A DNA stretch of 31,666 bases, taken from a virus. Taxonomy: Duplodnaviria; Caudoviricetes. The stretch is taken from positions 1-31,666 of the IMG/VR virus record IMGVR_UViG_3300032322_003129; one strand, given 5' to 3'. Positions 8,757-18,592 of this stretch are shown one piece after another. A program made the translations under genes and the position numbers. Within the stretch, counting starts at the first letter, position 1; the number at the start of each line of letters is the position of its first letter. The notes under the pieces are model-generated. The model was not told the DNA's origin. It made no database searches and was given only the letters and a program-made list of their open reading frames with translations.

Positions 8757-10466
8757 ATGGCAACATATAATAATTTCGGAGGAAGCTCTGTTGCAAACCA
8801 AAACCTTACTATGAACTCTGCTATAGAGAATAGAGGTCTCTTCAGTAGAATATTAAGAAATCTTTCTAATTATGGAATGAACTATGATGATATGATTATT
8901 CGTAATCAAGTCGGTATTGGTATTAATGAAGATCCTTATGCTTCTAAAGGAAACTCAATGTATGACTTCTTCTCACAAAGAGCAGTTGCTTCAATACTAA
9001 CAAGAAAATCGATACCTTATCTAGATAAGGCTTATGCCGATAAAAGAAGAATTCTAAGAGAGTATTCTATTAAAGATGAAATTAGAGACTTCGTCAGTAC
9101 AATCACGGATGAGGCAATTGTTTATAATGATGAAAGAGACTTCTGTGGACCTAAATCTCTATCAACAGATTACTCACAAGAAATTAAAGATAAGTATCAA
9201 GAGTATTTTGAAAAAATCTATACAAAGTATGGGTTTTCTGATAATATTACTGCCTGGTCTATGATGAGAGACTTTCTAATTGATGGATATTTAGCAATTG
9301 AAATTATTTATGATGACAAAAAGAAGAATATTATAGGATTCAATAGACTTAGACCAGAAACTTTAGTTCCTGCCTATGAACCAGCAATTGGTCATTTGTG
9401 GATTCAATTCCCAGAAGACCCACAACTCAGAAGAATATTTTTAGATTCTCAAATCGTTTATATTTCATATTCAACTCAGAATGATTATTCAGAGACTTCA
9501 TATGTTGAGGGTCTAATTAAGCCATATAATCAGTTGAAAATTTTAGAGCAAACAAGAATTATGTTTAACGTATTAAATGCTCAAATCTACCAAAAATTCA
9601 CAATACCAATTAAAGGTCTATCTCGTCAAAGAGCAGAAGAACAAATTGGTCAATTAATTCACGACTATTCAGAAGAAATTGAATTTGATGATACTTTAGG
9701 TACCCTTTCAATTAACGGCACAAAACATCTTCATTACAACAAACAAATATGGTTTCCAGAGGGTGATGCTGGAACACCTAACTTTGAGTTAGTAAAAAAT
9801 GATGGTCATGATTTAAATGATGAAACAATGTTATCTTGGTTTTACAAAGCACTTAAAAGAGCTTCTAAAATACCACTAAGTAGATTTGAGGCCGAAAGTG
9901 GTGGTGGGAACCTAATAACAGATTCAGCTGAGATGACAAGAGATGAAATTAAGTTTCATAACTTTATTATGAGGTTAAGAGCTAACTTTAAGGAAATTAT
10001 CGTAAAACCACTTAAATTACAATTACTCATTGAATTTCCTGAGTTGAAGGATGATGAGATTCTATTAAATCAAATTGACATAGACTTTTATACTAATCAA
10101 GTATTCGAAGAGTGGAAGAAACTTAATAACTTAACTAAAAAATCTGAAATAGTTGGAACACTACTAGGTGTAATGAATGGTGAAAAACCATACTTCCATA
10201 TAGAGTGGATTATGGATAAAATATTCAAACTAAGTCCAGAAGATAAAGCCGAAAATATGAAGTATTGGGCTAAAGATGCAGCAACAGCAGCCGCAGCCGC
10301 TGGAGCAGCACCAGCAGAAGGATCAGAGGCAGCACCAGCAGAAGGGGGAGCAGAGGCAGCACCAGCAGAAGGGGGAGGAGAAGCACCAGCGGAAGCCCCA
10401 GCAGAAACCCCACCAGCAGAGGGTGGAGGTGAAGCAGAAGGTGGAGGTGGAGAATTCGAATTCTAA
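8757..10466 (+). CDS. portal (vertex) protein, T4 gp20-like
   Basis: DEAIVY, FLIDG, SYVEGLIKPYNQLKILE, WFPEG, LKRASKIPLSRF and EMTRDEIKFHNFIMRLR match gp20 motifs. Confidence 0.92.
   Translation: MATYNNFGGSSVANQNLTMNSAIENRGLFSRILRNLSNYGMNYDDMIIRNQVGIGINEDPYASKGNSMYDFFSQRAVASILTRKSIPYLDKAYADKRRILREYSIKDEIRDFVSTITDEAIVYNDERDFCGPKSLSTDYSQEIKDKYQEYFEKIYTKYGFSDNITAWSMMRDFLIDGYLAIEIIYDDKKKNIIGFNRLRPETLVPAYEPAIGHLWIQFPEDPQLRRIFLDSQIVYISYSTQNDYSETSYVEGLIKPYNQLKILEQTRIMFNVLNAQIYQKFTIPIKGLSRQRAEEQIGQLIHDYSEEIEFDDTLGTLSINGTKHLHYNKQIWFPEGDAGTPNFELVKNDGHDLNDETMLSWFYKALKRASKIPLSRFEAESGGGNLITDSAEMTRDEIKFHNFIMRLRANFKEIIVKPLKLQLLIEFPELKDDEILLNQIDIDFYTNQVFEEWKKLNNLTKKSEIVGTLLGVMNGEKPYFHIEWIMDKIFKLSPEDKAENMKYWAKDAATAAAAAGAAPAEGSEAAPAEGGAEAAPAEGGGEAPAEAPAETPPAEGGGEAEGGGGEFEF
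10278..10453 (+). repeat. low-complexity AAPAEGG-type coding repeats in the portal C-terminal tail
   Basis: Repeated gcaccagcagaaggg-like units, GC-rich relative to the flanks. Confidence 0.8.
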
Positions 10467-10900
10467 ACTTTCTGAAGAACTGACAAGTCAAATTTAGTAA
10501 GACTATCAACACCTTTTTCTAAAATTTTATCTAGAACAATATCAGGAGTGGTGTAATCGTTTTTAAATGTTTTCATCAACTTTTGAATTTTATCTTTTGC
10601 TGAAAATCCATATTGATTTTTATATGTTGTCTTAAATCTAACATCAAAAAAAACTTCTTTTGTTAAATCCTCAAATTGGTAAGTTATATTAAATTTTTCA
10701 TAACATTCCTTAAGTTTAGATAAACTATAATCATCAATAACACAAAACATACACTCTTTTTTATCATCATTAGTATATTCAACAAAATCAAACATTGAAT
10801 AGACATATTCAATATATGAAACTTCTTCTAATGTCATATTGAAGAGAATTTCATCAATATGTGACTGAGTGTGTTTAGTTATTACATTTACAAATTTCAT
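10463..10900 (-). CDS. hypothetical protein
   Basis: 145 aa. The C-terminal DIVLDKILEKGVDSLT resembles a short helical module recalled from Bacteroidota proteins (DUF6576-like). Confidence 0.7.
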   Translation of the reverse strand: MKFVNVITKHTQSHIDEILFNMTLEEVSYIEYVYSMFDFVEYTNDDKKECMFCVIDDYSLSKLKECYEKFNITYQFEDLTKEVFFDVRFKTTYKNQYGFSAKDKIQKLMKTFKNDYTTPDIVLDKILEKGVDSLTKFDLSVLQKV

Positions 10901-11331
10901 GATGCTAATTTATTTTCAAAAAAGTAAAAGTTCGTGATTTGTCCTTTTTCATTTTTATATTGACAAAGTTCAGGATAAATTTCCGATTTCAAAAGTTCTT
11001 TTAGTATTTTTCCGTAATTTGTATTTAAGAACTTTATTACAACCTTTAATGATATTAGTGATTTTTTTGAAATAATAAAAGTAAATTTTTGAATTACACC
11101 ACAAGCACTCTTCAAACTTGAAACATCAAAATCTTTATCTAAAAGAGATACATATTTTACACTTTGTGAATTATCAATTTCTACGTCAAATTGAATTTTA
11201 GTTTCTTCACTTAAAACCAGATTTAGATTTATGTCTCTTTTATTCTCTAACCAACCAGGGAATTTTGATAAATACTCTTCATAATTATCAATTTGGAGTC
11301 CTGTGACATCTATGTCAAAAGTATGTTCCAT
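10897..11331 (-). CDS. hypothetical protein
   Basis: 144 aa, overlapping its neighbours at start and stop codons. Confidence 0.7.
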   Translation of the reverse strand: MEHTFDIDVTGLQIDNYEEYLSKFPGWLENKRDINLNLVLSEETKIQFDVEIDNSQSVKYVSLLDKDFDVSSLKSACGVIQKFTFIISKKSLISLKVVIKFLNTNYGKILKELLKSEIYPELCQYKNEKGQITNFYFFENKLAS

Positions 11332-13211
11332 TAAAAAAGAGCAAAGTCTATTTGTTTTTTTTCTAGATCAACTGAAGATACAACTACTTTTAGTGGATCT
11401 CCGAGTCTTATTTTATTCCCGAATTCATCAGTAACAGTGAAATTATCAACATCTACTTTGATATTTTTTAATGATTGAAATCTAATTAAACCTTCACACT
11501 TACTATCTACAAGTTCAACAAACATTCCCCAGTCAGTAACACCAGATACAATTCCATCAAAGACTTGCCCCACTTTATCTTGTAAATACTCAGCCTGTTT
11601 GTATTTAATCGAATCTCTTTGAGCCTTTGATGCTACTAACTCTCTTTGAGAGCACCACTTTGCTTGTTCTTCAATTGGTGTAGGATTGCCTTGTTTTCTT
11701 TTTTGTAAAAAATCAAAAAGAATTCTATGTGTTATTAAATCTGGATATCTTCTTATTGGAGAGGTAAAATGTGAATAATGTGTAAATCCTAATCCATAGT
11801 GACCAATATTCTTAATTGTATATGTTGCTTTCGACATACAACGAGTCACTAATGTTTCTATCATATTTTCCTCAGGAGTTCCTTTAATATCCTTTAGGAG
11901 TTGATTAATTGATTTTTTCAACTCCGAGGATTCATCTTCCAATTTAAGTTCATGTCCGAAATTATTACAAACACTAACTAACTGTTGTAACTTCTCAATA
12001 TTTGGCGTATCGTGCACTCTATAAACATTAAATAAGTTAGAGTCAGATAGTAATTTTGCTACATATTTATTTGCAAGTAGCATAAACTCTTCAATTAACT
12101 TATTGGACTCTTTTTGATGTTTGAAATAAACTCCTATTGGTTTTTTATTATCTTCGGCTAATTGAAATCTTACTTCTATACCACCCATTTCAATAGAACC
12201 ATCTTTAATTCTTTTTTTCCTAATTTTTTGTGCTATTGAATCTAATATTTTAATTTCTTTAAAATAATCTCCGACTTTTCCCTCAATGATTTCTTGAGCT
12301 TCTTCGTATGTAAATCTTTTATTAGAGTGAATAATAGTTTTTCCAAACCACGTATCTAATACTTTACCTTCTAAGTCTAGAGTGAAAATAACTGAGAATG
12401 CTAATCTATCTTCATTTGGTTTCAATGAACATATACCATTACTAAGTCTTTCGGGCAACATTGGAACACATCTATCAACAAGATAAACAGATGTGGCTCT
12501 TTTGAAAGCTTCTTTATCTAATTGCGTATCAGGTTTTACATAATGACTAACATCTGCAATATGAACACCAACTTCTATTTTATTTTCATTGATAAACTCT
12601 ACAGATAGTGCGTCATCGAAATCTCTCGCATCAACTGGATCAATAGTGAATGTGTTAATGTTTCTGATATCTTTTCGACTCTTAATTTCTTTTTCAAAAA
12701 TTACTTCTGATATCAACTCTGATTCATTAATAACATCTTGTGGAAAATCTATCGGAAGACCATACTCTAACATTATAGAATTCATTTCTGCGTTATTGTC
12801 ACCAGAGTCACCTAAAATTTTAACTATTTTACCTTGTGGTGACTTTGAGTCTTCCCATTTTGTTAGTTCGACGACTACTTTTTGTCCATTTTCAGCTTTT
12901 AGTCCTCCTTTAATGTAAAAATCAACATTTATTTTAGAATTATCTGGTATAACAAATACTGATTTTTTTCCTATCTCTACCCTTCCAACAAATTCTGTCT
13001 TAAATCTTTCTACAACTTCGATGACTTTGGCTTCTAACCCCCTATCGGTTGTGAATGTTGTGACTCTAACTTTATCTAAATGTAGTGAGTTTAGAGTGTT
13101 TTTTTTATTAATAAATACTTCTTTATTGTTTATATTAATTGTGGAGTGTCTGTTTTTAGAAAATTCTATTTGGCCTGTAAAGAATTCATCTTCTATTTTG
13201 TTTTGTTTCAT
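11331..13211 (-). CDS. rnr: ribonuclease R (RNB family 3'-5' exoribonuclease)
   Basis: Cold-shock domains, catalytic TIDPVDARDFDDA, VHIADV, IEEFMLLAN, HFTSPIRRYPDL and a C-terminal S1 domain. Confidence 0.95.
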   Translation of the reverse strand: MKQNKIEDEFFTGQIEFSKNRHSTININNKEVFINKKNTLNSLHLDKVRVTTFTTDRGLEAKVIEVVERFKTEFVGRVEIGKKSVFVIPDNSKINVDFYIKGGLKAENGQKVVVELTKWEDSKSPQGKIVKILGDSGDNNAEMNSIMLEYGLPIDFPQDVINESELISEVIFEKEIKSRKDIRNINTFTIDPVDARDFDDALSVEFINENKIEVGVHIADVSHYVKPDTQLDKEAFKRATSVYLVDRCVPMLPERLSNGICSLKPNEDRLAFSVIFTLDLEGKVLDTWFGKTIIHSNKRFTYEEAQEIIEGKVGDYFKEIKILDSIAQKIRKKRIKDGSIEMGGIEVRFQLAEDNKKPIGVYFKHQKESNKLIEEFMLLANKYVAKLLSDSNLFNVYRVHDTPNIEKLQQLVSVCNNFGHELKLEDESSELKKSINQLLKDIKGTPEENMIETLVTRCMSKATYTIKNIGHYGLGFTHYSHFTSPIRRYPDLITHRILFDFLQKRKQGNPTPIEEQAKWCSQRELVASKAQRDSIKYKQAEYLQDKVGQVFDGIVSGVTDWGMFVELVDSKCEGLIRFQSLKNIKVDVDNFTVTDEFGNKIRLGDPLKVVVSSVDLEKKQIDFALF

Positions 13212-13224
13212 ATAAAATTCTTAT

Positions 13225-13620
13225 TTAAGAATTTCCGCTTTGTTTATTTTTCTTTGATATATTATCAACTCCATATTTAGAAATTAATGTTTTTTTCATT
13301 TTATTCATTAATTTTTTATTTTGAATCGGATAATCTACACCAAAATTAGTTCTTAGAGTTTGTTTTCGTTTTACCTCTGAACACTTTCTACAAAAGTAAT
13401 CTCCCCAATTATTGTCATATTTAACATAGTTTTTGAATATTACATCTTTCTCAATACCACAACTATCACATCTACATAAAATTTTGAAATGTGATCCCCT
13501 TGACATCAACTCGATTGGTATAGTAACAAATTCACCGATAACAACTTCATATCCTAAGTCTTCATAATATGATAAGTTTGCTTCAGTAATCTTAATGTTT
13601 ATATCTCTGGTAAGAATCAT
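13225..13620 (-). CDS. zinc-finger protein with (Y/F)GVD repeats
   Basis: CDSC and CRKC pairs, then FGVDYPIQ and YGVDNISK. Confidence 0.65.
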   Translation of the reverse strand: MILTRDINIKITEANLSYYEDLGYEVVIGEFVTIPIELMSRGSHFKILCRCDSCGIEKDVIFKNYVKYDNNWGDYFCRKCSEVKRKQTLRTNFGVDYPIQNKKLMNKMKKTLISKYGVDNISKKNKQSGNS

Positions 13621-13712
13621 AAAAAACCGCGAAAATTTTAAGTATTTATTATTTTAAGTCTTCTTCCTCTATGATTTGAAATTATCTTTTAATCTAAAAG
13701 AATTTCAACTCA

Positions 13713-13763
13713 CTATAAAAAATCCACCATTAAAAAAAGGTGGTTTTTCAAAGCGAATATATA
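13713..13763 (+). promoter_or_regulatory. putative late promoter: CTATAAAAAATCCAC element plus ATATATA core
   Basis: Identical 15-mer at identical spacing is found upstream of the major capsid gene. Confidence 0.6.
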
Positions 13764-13792
13764 ATCTGAACTTTAAAAAATAATAATTCTAA

Positions 13793-15889
13793 ATGAAACC
13801 GGTTTTAATTGTAGAAAATTCAACAAGTTCGTTGATCAGAGAAAGTGCTGATGCTAAGAATAAGTACGTTCTTGGTGGTATTTTTACTGAATTTGGTGTA
13901 AAAAACAGAAATGAGAGAATTTACACAGCTGACAAATTCGTACCTGCATTAAACGAATTAAACGAAAGAATGAACAGCTTAGGTGCTGTTTATGGTGAGT
14001 TTGACCATCCAGATGTTTTCGATACATCTTTGGCAAGAGCTTCTCACGTAATAACAAAAGCTAAATACATCTCAGAGAAAAATCTAGTAGAAGGTGAAAT
14101 AAGATTACTTAACACTTATTGGGGAAAAGAAGCTAAGGCATTAGTCGATGACGGGTGTCCTGTTTTTGTTTCTTCAAGAGCAGCAGGAATCACTGAATCT
14201 GATGGTTCAGTTTCATTGAAAAAACTTTTTACATATGACATCGTTGCAGACCCTGGATTTGCTTCGGCTAAAATGACAGTTAAGTCTATTAATGAGTCAC
14301 TAGGATTTAGTCCAAAATCTAACTTTAGGATATATGAAATGTCCGATGAGTCTAAAATAAATGAACTATTTAATATGAACAAAAACGAGTACGTTACCAA
14401 AAAACAATTGACTGATTATTCTCAGTATCTTGTTAAAGAGATAGCTTCTACGAAGAAAGAAGTTAAATCAGCGATTTCTAAAGGAAATATGGCTCCTAAG
14501 AAATTAGAACAACTATTAGAATACTATGATGAACTTAACAGCACTAATTCACAAGTTATCAAATATCTTGACTATTTAGCTGAAAAAATTCAAGTTGTAG
14601 TTAATGAGAACAAAAGTCTTAAAAACACAACTGAGAAATTAGTAAAACACAATGACTATTTAGCAGAGAATTTAGAGAAAGCTATTAACTATACTGAATA
14701 TGTTGCTGAAAGTCTTGACAAAAATATTGAGTATTCAGAATACTTAGCTGAAAATTTAGATAGAAATATTTCTTACTCTGAATATATCGCTGAGAACTTA
14801 GACAAAAATATCTCTTATTCAGAATATTTAGCAGAGAACTTAGACAAGAATATAGCTTACTCTGAGTACATCGCTGAAAACTTAGATAAGAATATCGCTT
14901 ACTCTGAGTACATCGCTGAAAATTTAGATAAGAATATCGCTTACTCTGAATACATCGCTGAACACGTTGATAATTCAATTGCGTACTCTGAATATTTAGC
15001 TGAGCATGTTGAAGGTAACATCGCTTACTCTGAATACATCGCTGAGCACTTAGATGACAATATCGCTTACTCTGAATACATCGCTGAAAATCTTGACAAA
15101 TCTATTTCTTACCAAGGGATGATTGTAGAAAGATTAAATGGTTCTAAATTAAATGAATCAGTTGGAGAAGAGGCTTTCCCATCGCTTTCAGCAGCAGGAT
15201 TTGAAAATGTTGAAGAGAAAGAAGAAGAGAAAGAAGAGGAAACTTACAATACTCACGAGAAAGAAGAAGAATACTCTGGTATCGCTGAAGTAAATCCATC
15301 TATGATTCATAACAAAGAAGAAGAAAAAGAAGAAGAAATGGTATCAAACTACGAGGTAACTGGTAAAGATGATACAGAACTTTCTGAATCTATTAATAAA
15401 TTAATTGAAGAAGCTAAAAAACGTAAAGTTTCTGAAACAACCGACTTGAATTTCTTGAAATTCTTAAATAAGTCACAAGTTGATAGTTTTTATGCATTAT
15501 CAGAAGACGAACAGGAAACTGTAAAACTTCACATAAACGAAAGAAGTTATTTTACTCAAAAAGAAGTATTATCTCTGATATCTGAAGCACTATCTACAAA
15601 AAATGAATCTCTTGAAGAAAGAGTAATCAGATTGATGCCTGAAAACGTTAAGCCAATCTGGGGTCAATTAAACGAATCTTCTAAAAAATCTATCCTTTCA
15701 CAGGCTAGACTTTACCCAGAAGAAGTTTTAATGACAGAAGGTCAAGTTGAACATTTTTGGACAACTAGAAACCTTAAGAAAAATGAATCTGTAACTAAGA
15801 AATTGGTTTCTCACGAAAGTTTAATTCAAGAAGATAAACTTTCTGATAAAGAAGCTCAAGCAATCTTAGAAAGATTCAAAAACATTTAA
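13793..15889 (+). CDS. prohead core protease (T4 gp21-like) fused to a scaffold-like coiled-coil region
   Basis: N-terminal NRNERIY, GEFDHP, VSSRAAG and YDIVADPGF protease motifs. The long acidic, repetitive C-terminal region precedes the capsid gene. Confidence 0.9.
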   Translation: MKPVLIVENSTSSLIRESADAKNKYVLGGIFTEFGVKNRNERIYTADKFVPALNELNERMNSLGAVYGEFDHPDVFDTSLARASHVITKAKYISEKNLVEGEIRLLNTYWGKEAKALVDDGCPVFVSSRAAGITESDGSVSLKKLFTYDIVADPGFASAKMTVKSINESLGFSPKSNFRIYEMSDESKINELFNMNKNEYVTKKQLTDYSQYLVKEIASTKKEVKSAISKGNMAPKKLEQLLEYYDELNSTNSQVIKYLDYLAEKIQVVVNENKSLKNTTEKLVKHNDYLAENLEKAINYTEYVAESLDKNIEYSEYLAENLDRNISYSEYIAENLDKNISYSEYLAENLDKNIAYSEYIAENLDKNIAYSEYIAENLDKNIAYSEYIAEHVDNSIAYSEYLAEHVEGNIAYSEYIAEHLDDNIAYSEYIAENLDKSISYQGMIVERLNGSKLNESVGEEAFPSLSAAGFENVEEKEEEKEEETYNTHEKEEEYSGIAEVNPSMIHNKEEEKEEEMVSNYEVTGKDDTELSESINKLIEEAKKRKVSETTDLNFLKFLNKSQVDSFYALSEDEQETVKLHINERSYFTQKEVLSLISEALSTKNESLEERVIRLMPENVKPIWGQLNESSKKSILSQARLYPEEVLMTEGQVEHFWTTRNLKKNESVTKKLVSHESLIQEDKLSDKEAQAILERFKNI
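14648..15109 (+). repeat. about 11 tandem 42-nt (14-aa) coding repeats, consensus YSEYIAENLDKNIA
   Basis: Visible in both protein and DNA (aatatcgcttactctgaatacatcgctgaa...). Confidence 0.9.
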
Positions 15890-15890
15890 T

Positions 15891-15941
15891 CTATAAAAAA
15901 TCCACACTTCTAAAATAAAGAGAAATAAAGGGTTATATATA
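15891..15941 (+). promoter_or_regulatory. putative late promoter of the major capsid gene: CTATAAAAAATCCAC plus ATATATA
   Basis: Matches 13713-13763 in sequence and spacing. Confidence 0.6.
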
Positions 15942-15969
15942 GATAACAAAAAAAAATAAAAATTAAATT

Positions 15970-17694
15970 ATGTCACACATTAGAATAGACAAATCAAAAG
16001 CTATGAAGAAGTGGTCTCCAGTTTTGGAAAACATGGGTGTAACAGGTGAAAGAGTAGAATGGATGGCAGAATATGCTGAGTATCACTCAATCAACGAAAA
16101 CGCTTATGCAAACGCTTCTAACGTATCAGGTATGGGTTCAGTTCTTGCACCTCAACCATCAGCATTAGCTGGTTCTACAATTGGAACTAACTGGTCATCA
16201 AACAGCGGAACTTTAGGTTCAGGTGATGTTGGTCAAAACCTTCTACCTGTAGCTATGAAAATCGCTGCTCAAACTATCGGTTTAGACCTTGTTGCTGTTA
16301 AACCATCTCCAGGTCCGAAAATCGACTTACTTTACATCGACTTCCGTTATGATGATAATCATTTAGGAGCATCAGATGAAAGACCACAAGTTTTCAAACT
16401 TAACGCAGGTGCTACTGCTTCAGCTTTAGCAACAGCTATGCAACAAGGAACTGGTGCTACAATCCTACAATCATCTGGTGGATTACAAAATGGTAGATAT
16501 TTCTACTCAATCAACTCTACAGGTGAAACTAACTTAGGTTCAGCAACTGTTTCAACTAATGAAGCTGCCGACAAAGAAGGTGTTGTTGAGTTCTTAGGAT
16601 TCTCTCGTATCGATGGATATCCAATGTTCAGAGCTTACAGACAATTCAACACAGCTCACACAGCAGTTGATCAAGCTAACATCGCATGGAGTTATGATGC
16701 AACAAGAAACACTTTTACAGCTACAGCTTCTATGATTTCTCAAATCACTGGTATCGCTAATATCGGACTTAATCCTGGTTTCGCATCTATCGAATTAGTA
16801 TCAGCTTTAGAAGACCACATCCCTGGTTTCTCTGCAAACTGGACTCAAGGTGGTTCTGGGTTCACTGGTAACTATCCAATGGATAGAGATGCTGATGATA
16901 AGAGATACTCTGGAATCATCGGACCAAAAATCTCTTCTAAATCAGTAGCAGTTGGTACTATCGAAGTATCTTCAGCTCTTAGAAGAACTGAAATCGAAGA
17001 TATCAAAGCTAACACAGGTATGGATATCGTTCAAAAAATGGAAAGCATTCTTGTTAATGAACTTTCTCAAACAATCTCTAAGCAAATTGTTGCTAAGATT
17101 TTTGAAATGGGTGATCTTAACAGAACATCAGCTCCATTGTTTGGTGGTTCTGTAACTATTACTGGTCAAACTATTTTTGACTTAGATACTGACTACGTAT
17201 CTATAGGTGGTGGTATCGGTGGTGAGACTACTCACGCTGTTCAAAGAAAGTTAATCACTAAAGTTGCTCACGCTTCAAACTACATCGCAACTGAAGGTCG
17301 TGTAGGTCCAGCTCAATACCTTATAACAAACGGGGGTCTTGCAGCAGCTCTACAAGATATCGCTGGTTACACAATTAACCCAGTTAAATCTAAATTAAAC
17401 GCATCTGGTCAGTTATACCCAGTTGGTTCAATCGGAGATATTTCTATCTACGTAGATCCATATATGAAGTATAACGATAACAGAATGGTATTGGGTAGAA
17501 AGAACAATCCTGATCAACCAGGTATCATCTTCGTACCTTACTTGATGGCTCAGTCTATCTCTGTTATCTCTGAAGCTACATTCGCTCCAAGAATGTTGTT
17601 AAGATCTAGATACGCTGTAACTGAAGTTGGTTGGTTCCCACAAAAGCAGTTTATGACTATCAAAGTTAAAGACACTAGAGGTTACCTTAACTAA
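15970..17694 (+). CDS. major capsid protein, T4 gp23-like
   Basis: KKWSPVLE, IGLDLVAVKP, ILVNELSQTISKQI, IYVDPY, GIIFVPY and TFAPRMLLRSRY. Follows the protease and has strongly biased codon usage. Confidence 0.93.
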   Translation: MSHIRIDKSKAMKKWSPVLENMGVTGERVEWMAEYAEYHSINENAYANASNVSGMGSVLAPQPSALAGSTIGTNWSSNSGTLGSGDVGQNLLPVAMKIAAQTIGLDLVAVKPSPGPKIDLLYIDFRYDDNHLGASDERPQVFKLNAGATASALATAMQQGTGATILQSSGGLQNGRYFYSINSTGETNLGSATVSTNEAADKEGVVEFLGFSRIDGYPMFRAYRQFNTAHTAVDQANIAWSYDATRNTFTATASMISQITGIANIGLNPGFASIELVSALEDHIPGFSANWTQGGSGFTGNYPMDRDADDKRYSGIIGPKISSKSVAVGTIEVSSALRRTEIEDIKANTGMDIVQKMESILVNELSQTISKQIVAKIFEMGDLNRTSAPLFGGSVTITGQTIFDLDTDYVSIGGGIGGETTHAVQRKLITKVAHASNYIATEGRVGPAQYLITNGGLAAALQDIAGYTINPVKSKLNASGQLYPVGSIGDISIYVDPYMKYNDNRMVLGRKNNPDQPGIIFVPYLMAQSISVISEATFAPRMLLRSRYAVTEVGWFPQKQFMTIKVKDTRGYLN

Positions 17695-17709
17695 TAGTAT
17701 CAATAAAAT

Positions 17710-17739
17710 AAAAAAGGACTCTCAGGAGTCCTTTTTTTT
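17710..17739 (+). terminator. intrinsic terminator after the capsid gene
   Basis: aaaaaaggactc-tcag-gagtcctttttttt hairpin. Confidence 0.85.
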
Positions 17740-17823
17740 GCTCTATACTTTATTAATATTAGAAAAAAAGAAAAAAATGATTTTTGAAATATAATATATA
17801 ATAAAAAAATAAAAAAGATTAAT

Positions 17824-18522
17824 ATGTCAAGACCCTACATTAACATCAACTCAGCAACTTATGACACTAATACAGATGTCTTTAGTTTCGATATTCTTGC
17901 TCTTAGATTAAGAGGTCAATCAGAAATAACATTTGGTGGATTTACTCAATCAAAAACTTTATCCATCACAAATGGATTCTATTCAACTGCTGAATCAGGA
18001 CAATCATTTACTTTCTCAGCAAATATTGATGGTTCTACAGCTTCAGGTAACTCAATTACTGCAGTATATACACCAGCAACATCACAATTCACATTGAGTG
18101 GTACAGCTACACCAGCAACAAACATCAAAATGACAATTTGGGGTATTAACCCGGCAAGTCCAGGAAGTACAGTAAACTTTGTAGTATTCGGAGCTGGAGG
18201 TTATACATACTCTTCAACTCAAAGTACTACAACGGCAGTTCAAACTTTGGCAAATCAAATAATCAACGCTGGATCGCTACCGTTGAACGTCACAGCAACT
18301 TCTTCTGGTACAACTATTACACTTACATCAACTCCTAATACAGGAGCATTCTACAATGGGAATGTTGCAAAGATTGAATCTACTTCATTAGGTGCTGCCG
18401 GATTCACGTTCTCTGGAACATACTATACTCAAACTTGGTCAGGTGGTGTAACTACTTTAACAGTTCCAGTAAGTACAACTAACTTTGGAAGTTTAGATGA
18501 TATTACAATAGAATGTATCTAA
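17824..18522 (+). CDS. Thr/Ser/Gly-rich beta-structured virion protein (possible capsid decoration)
   Basis: 232 aa directly after the capsid gene, with its own late motif and terminator. Confidence 0.55.
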   Translation: MSRPYININSATYDTNTDVFSFDILALRLRGQSEITFGGFTQSKTLSITNGFYSTAESGQSFTFSANIDGSTASGNSITAVYTPATSQFTLSGTATPATNIKMTIWGINPASPGSTVNFVVFGAGGYTYSSTQSTTTAVQTLANQIINAGSLPLNVTATSSGTTITLTSTPNTGAFYNGNVAKIESTSLGAAGFTFSGTYYTQTWSGGVTTLTVPVSTTNFGSLDDITIECI

Positions 18523-18541
18523 TAATATTTAATATTAAATT

Positions 18542-18566
18542 AAAACCCTCGTTAAGAGGGTTTTTT
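18542..18566 (+). terminator. intrinsic terminator
   Basis: aaaaccctc-gttaa-gagggtttttt. Confidence 0.8.
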
Positions 18567-18592
18567 ATTTTAAATAAATTAATATATACTTT

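Noticed and set aside
10270-10512. Alternative-frame ORFs (poly-Q/H and poly-L) over the portal tail
   Set aside because: They are shadows of the low-complexity repeat.
12589-13215. Antisense or nested short ORFs here and at 6497, 9076, 14116, 14685, 16952, 20345, 20415, 21204, 22328, 22836, 23440, 24534, 27634, 30541, 31144 and 31433
   Set aside because: They overlap well-supported genes and show no recognisable motifs.
14648-15109. 42-nt tandem repeats as a possible CRISPR array
   Set aside because: There are no unique spacers, the units are in frame within a CDS, and variation is mainly synonymous.
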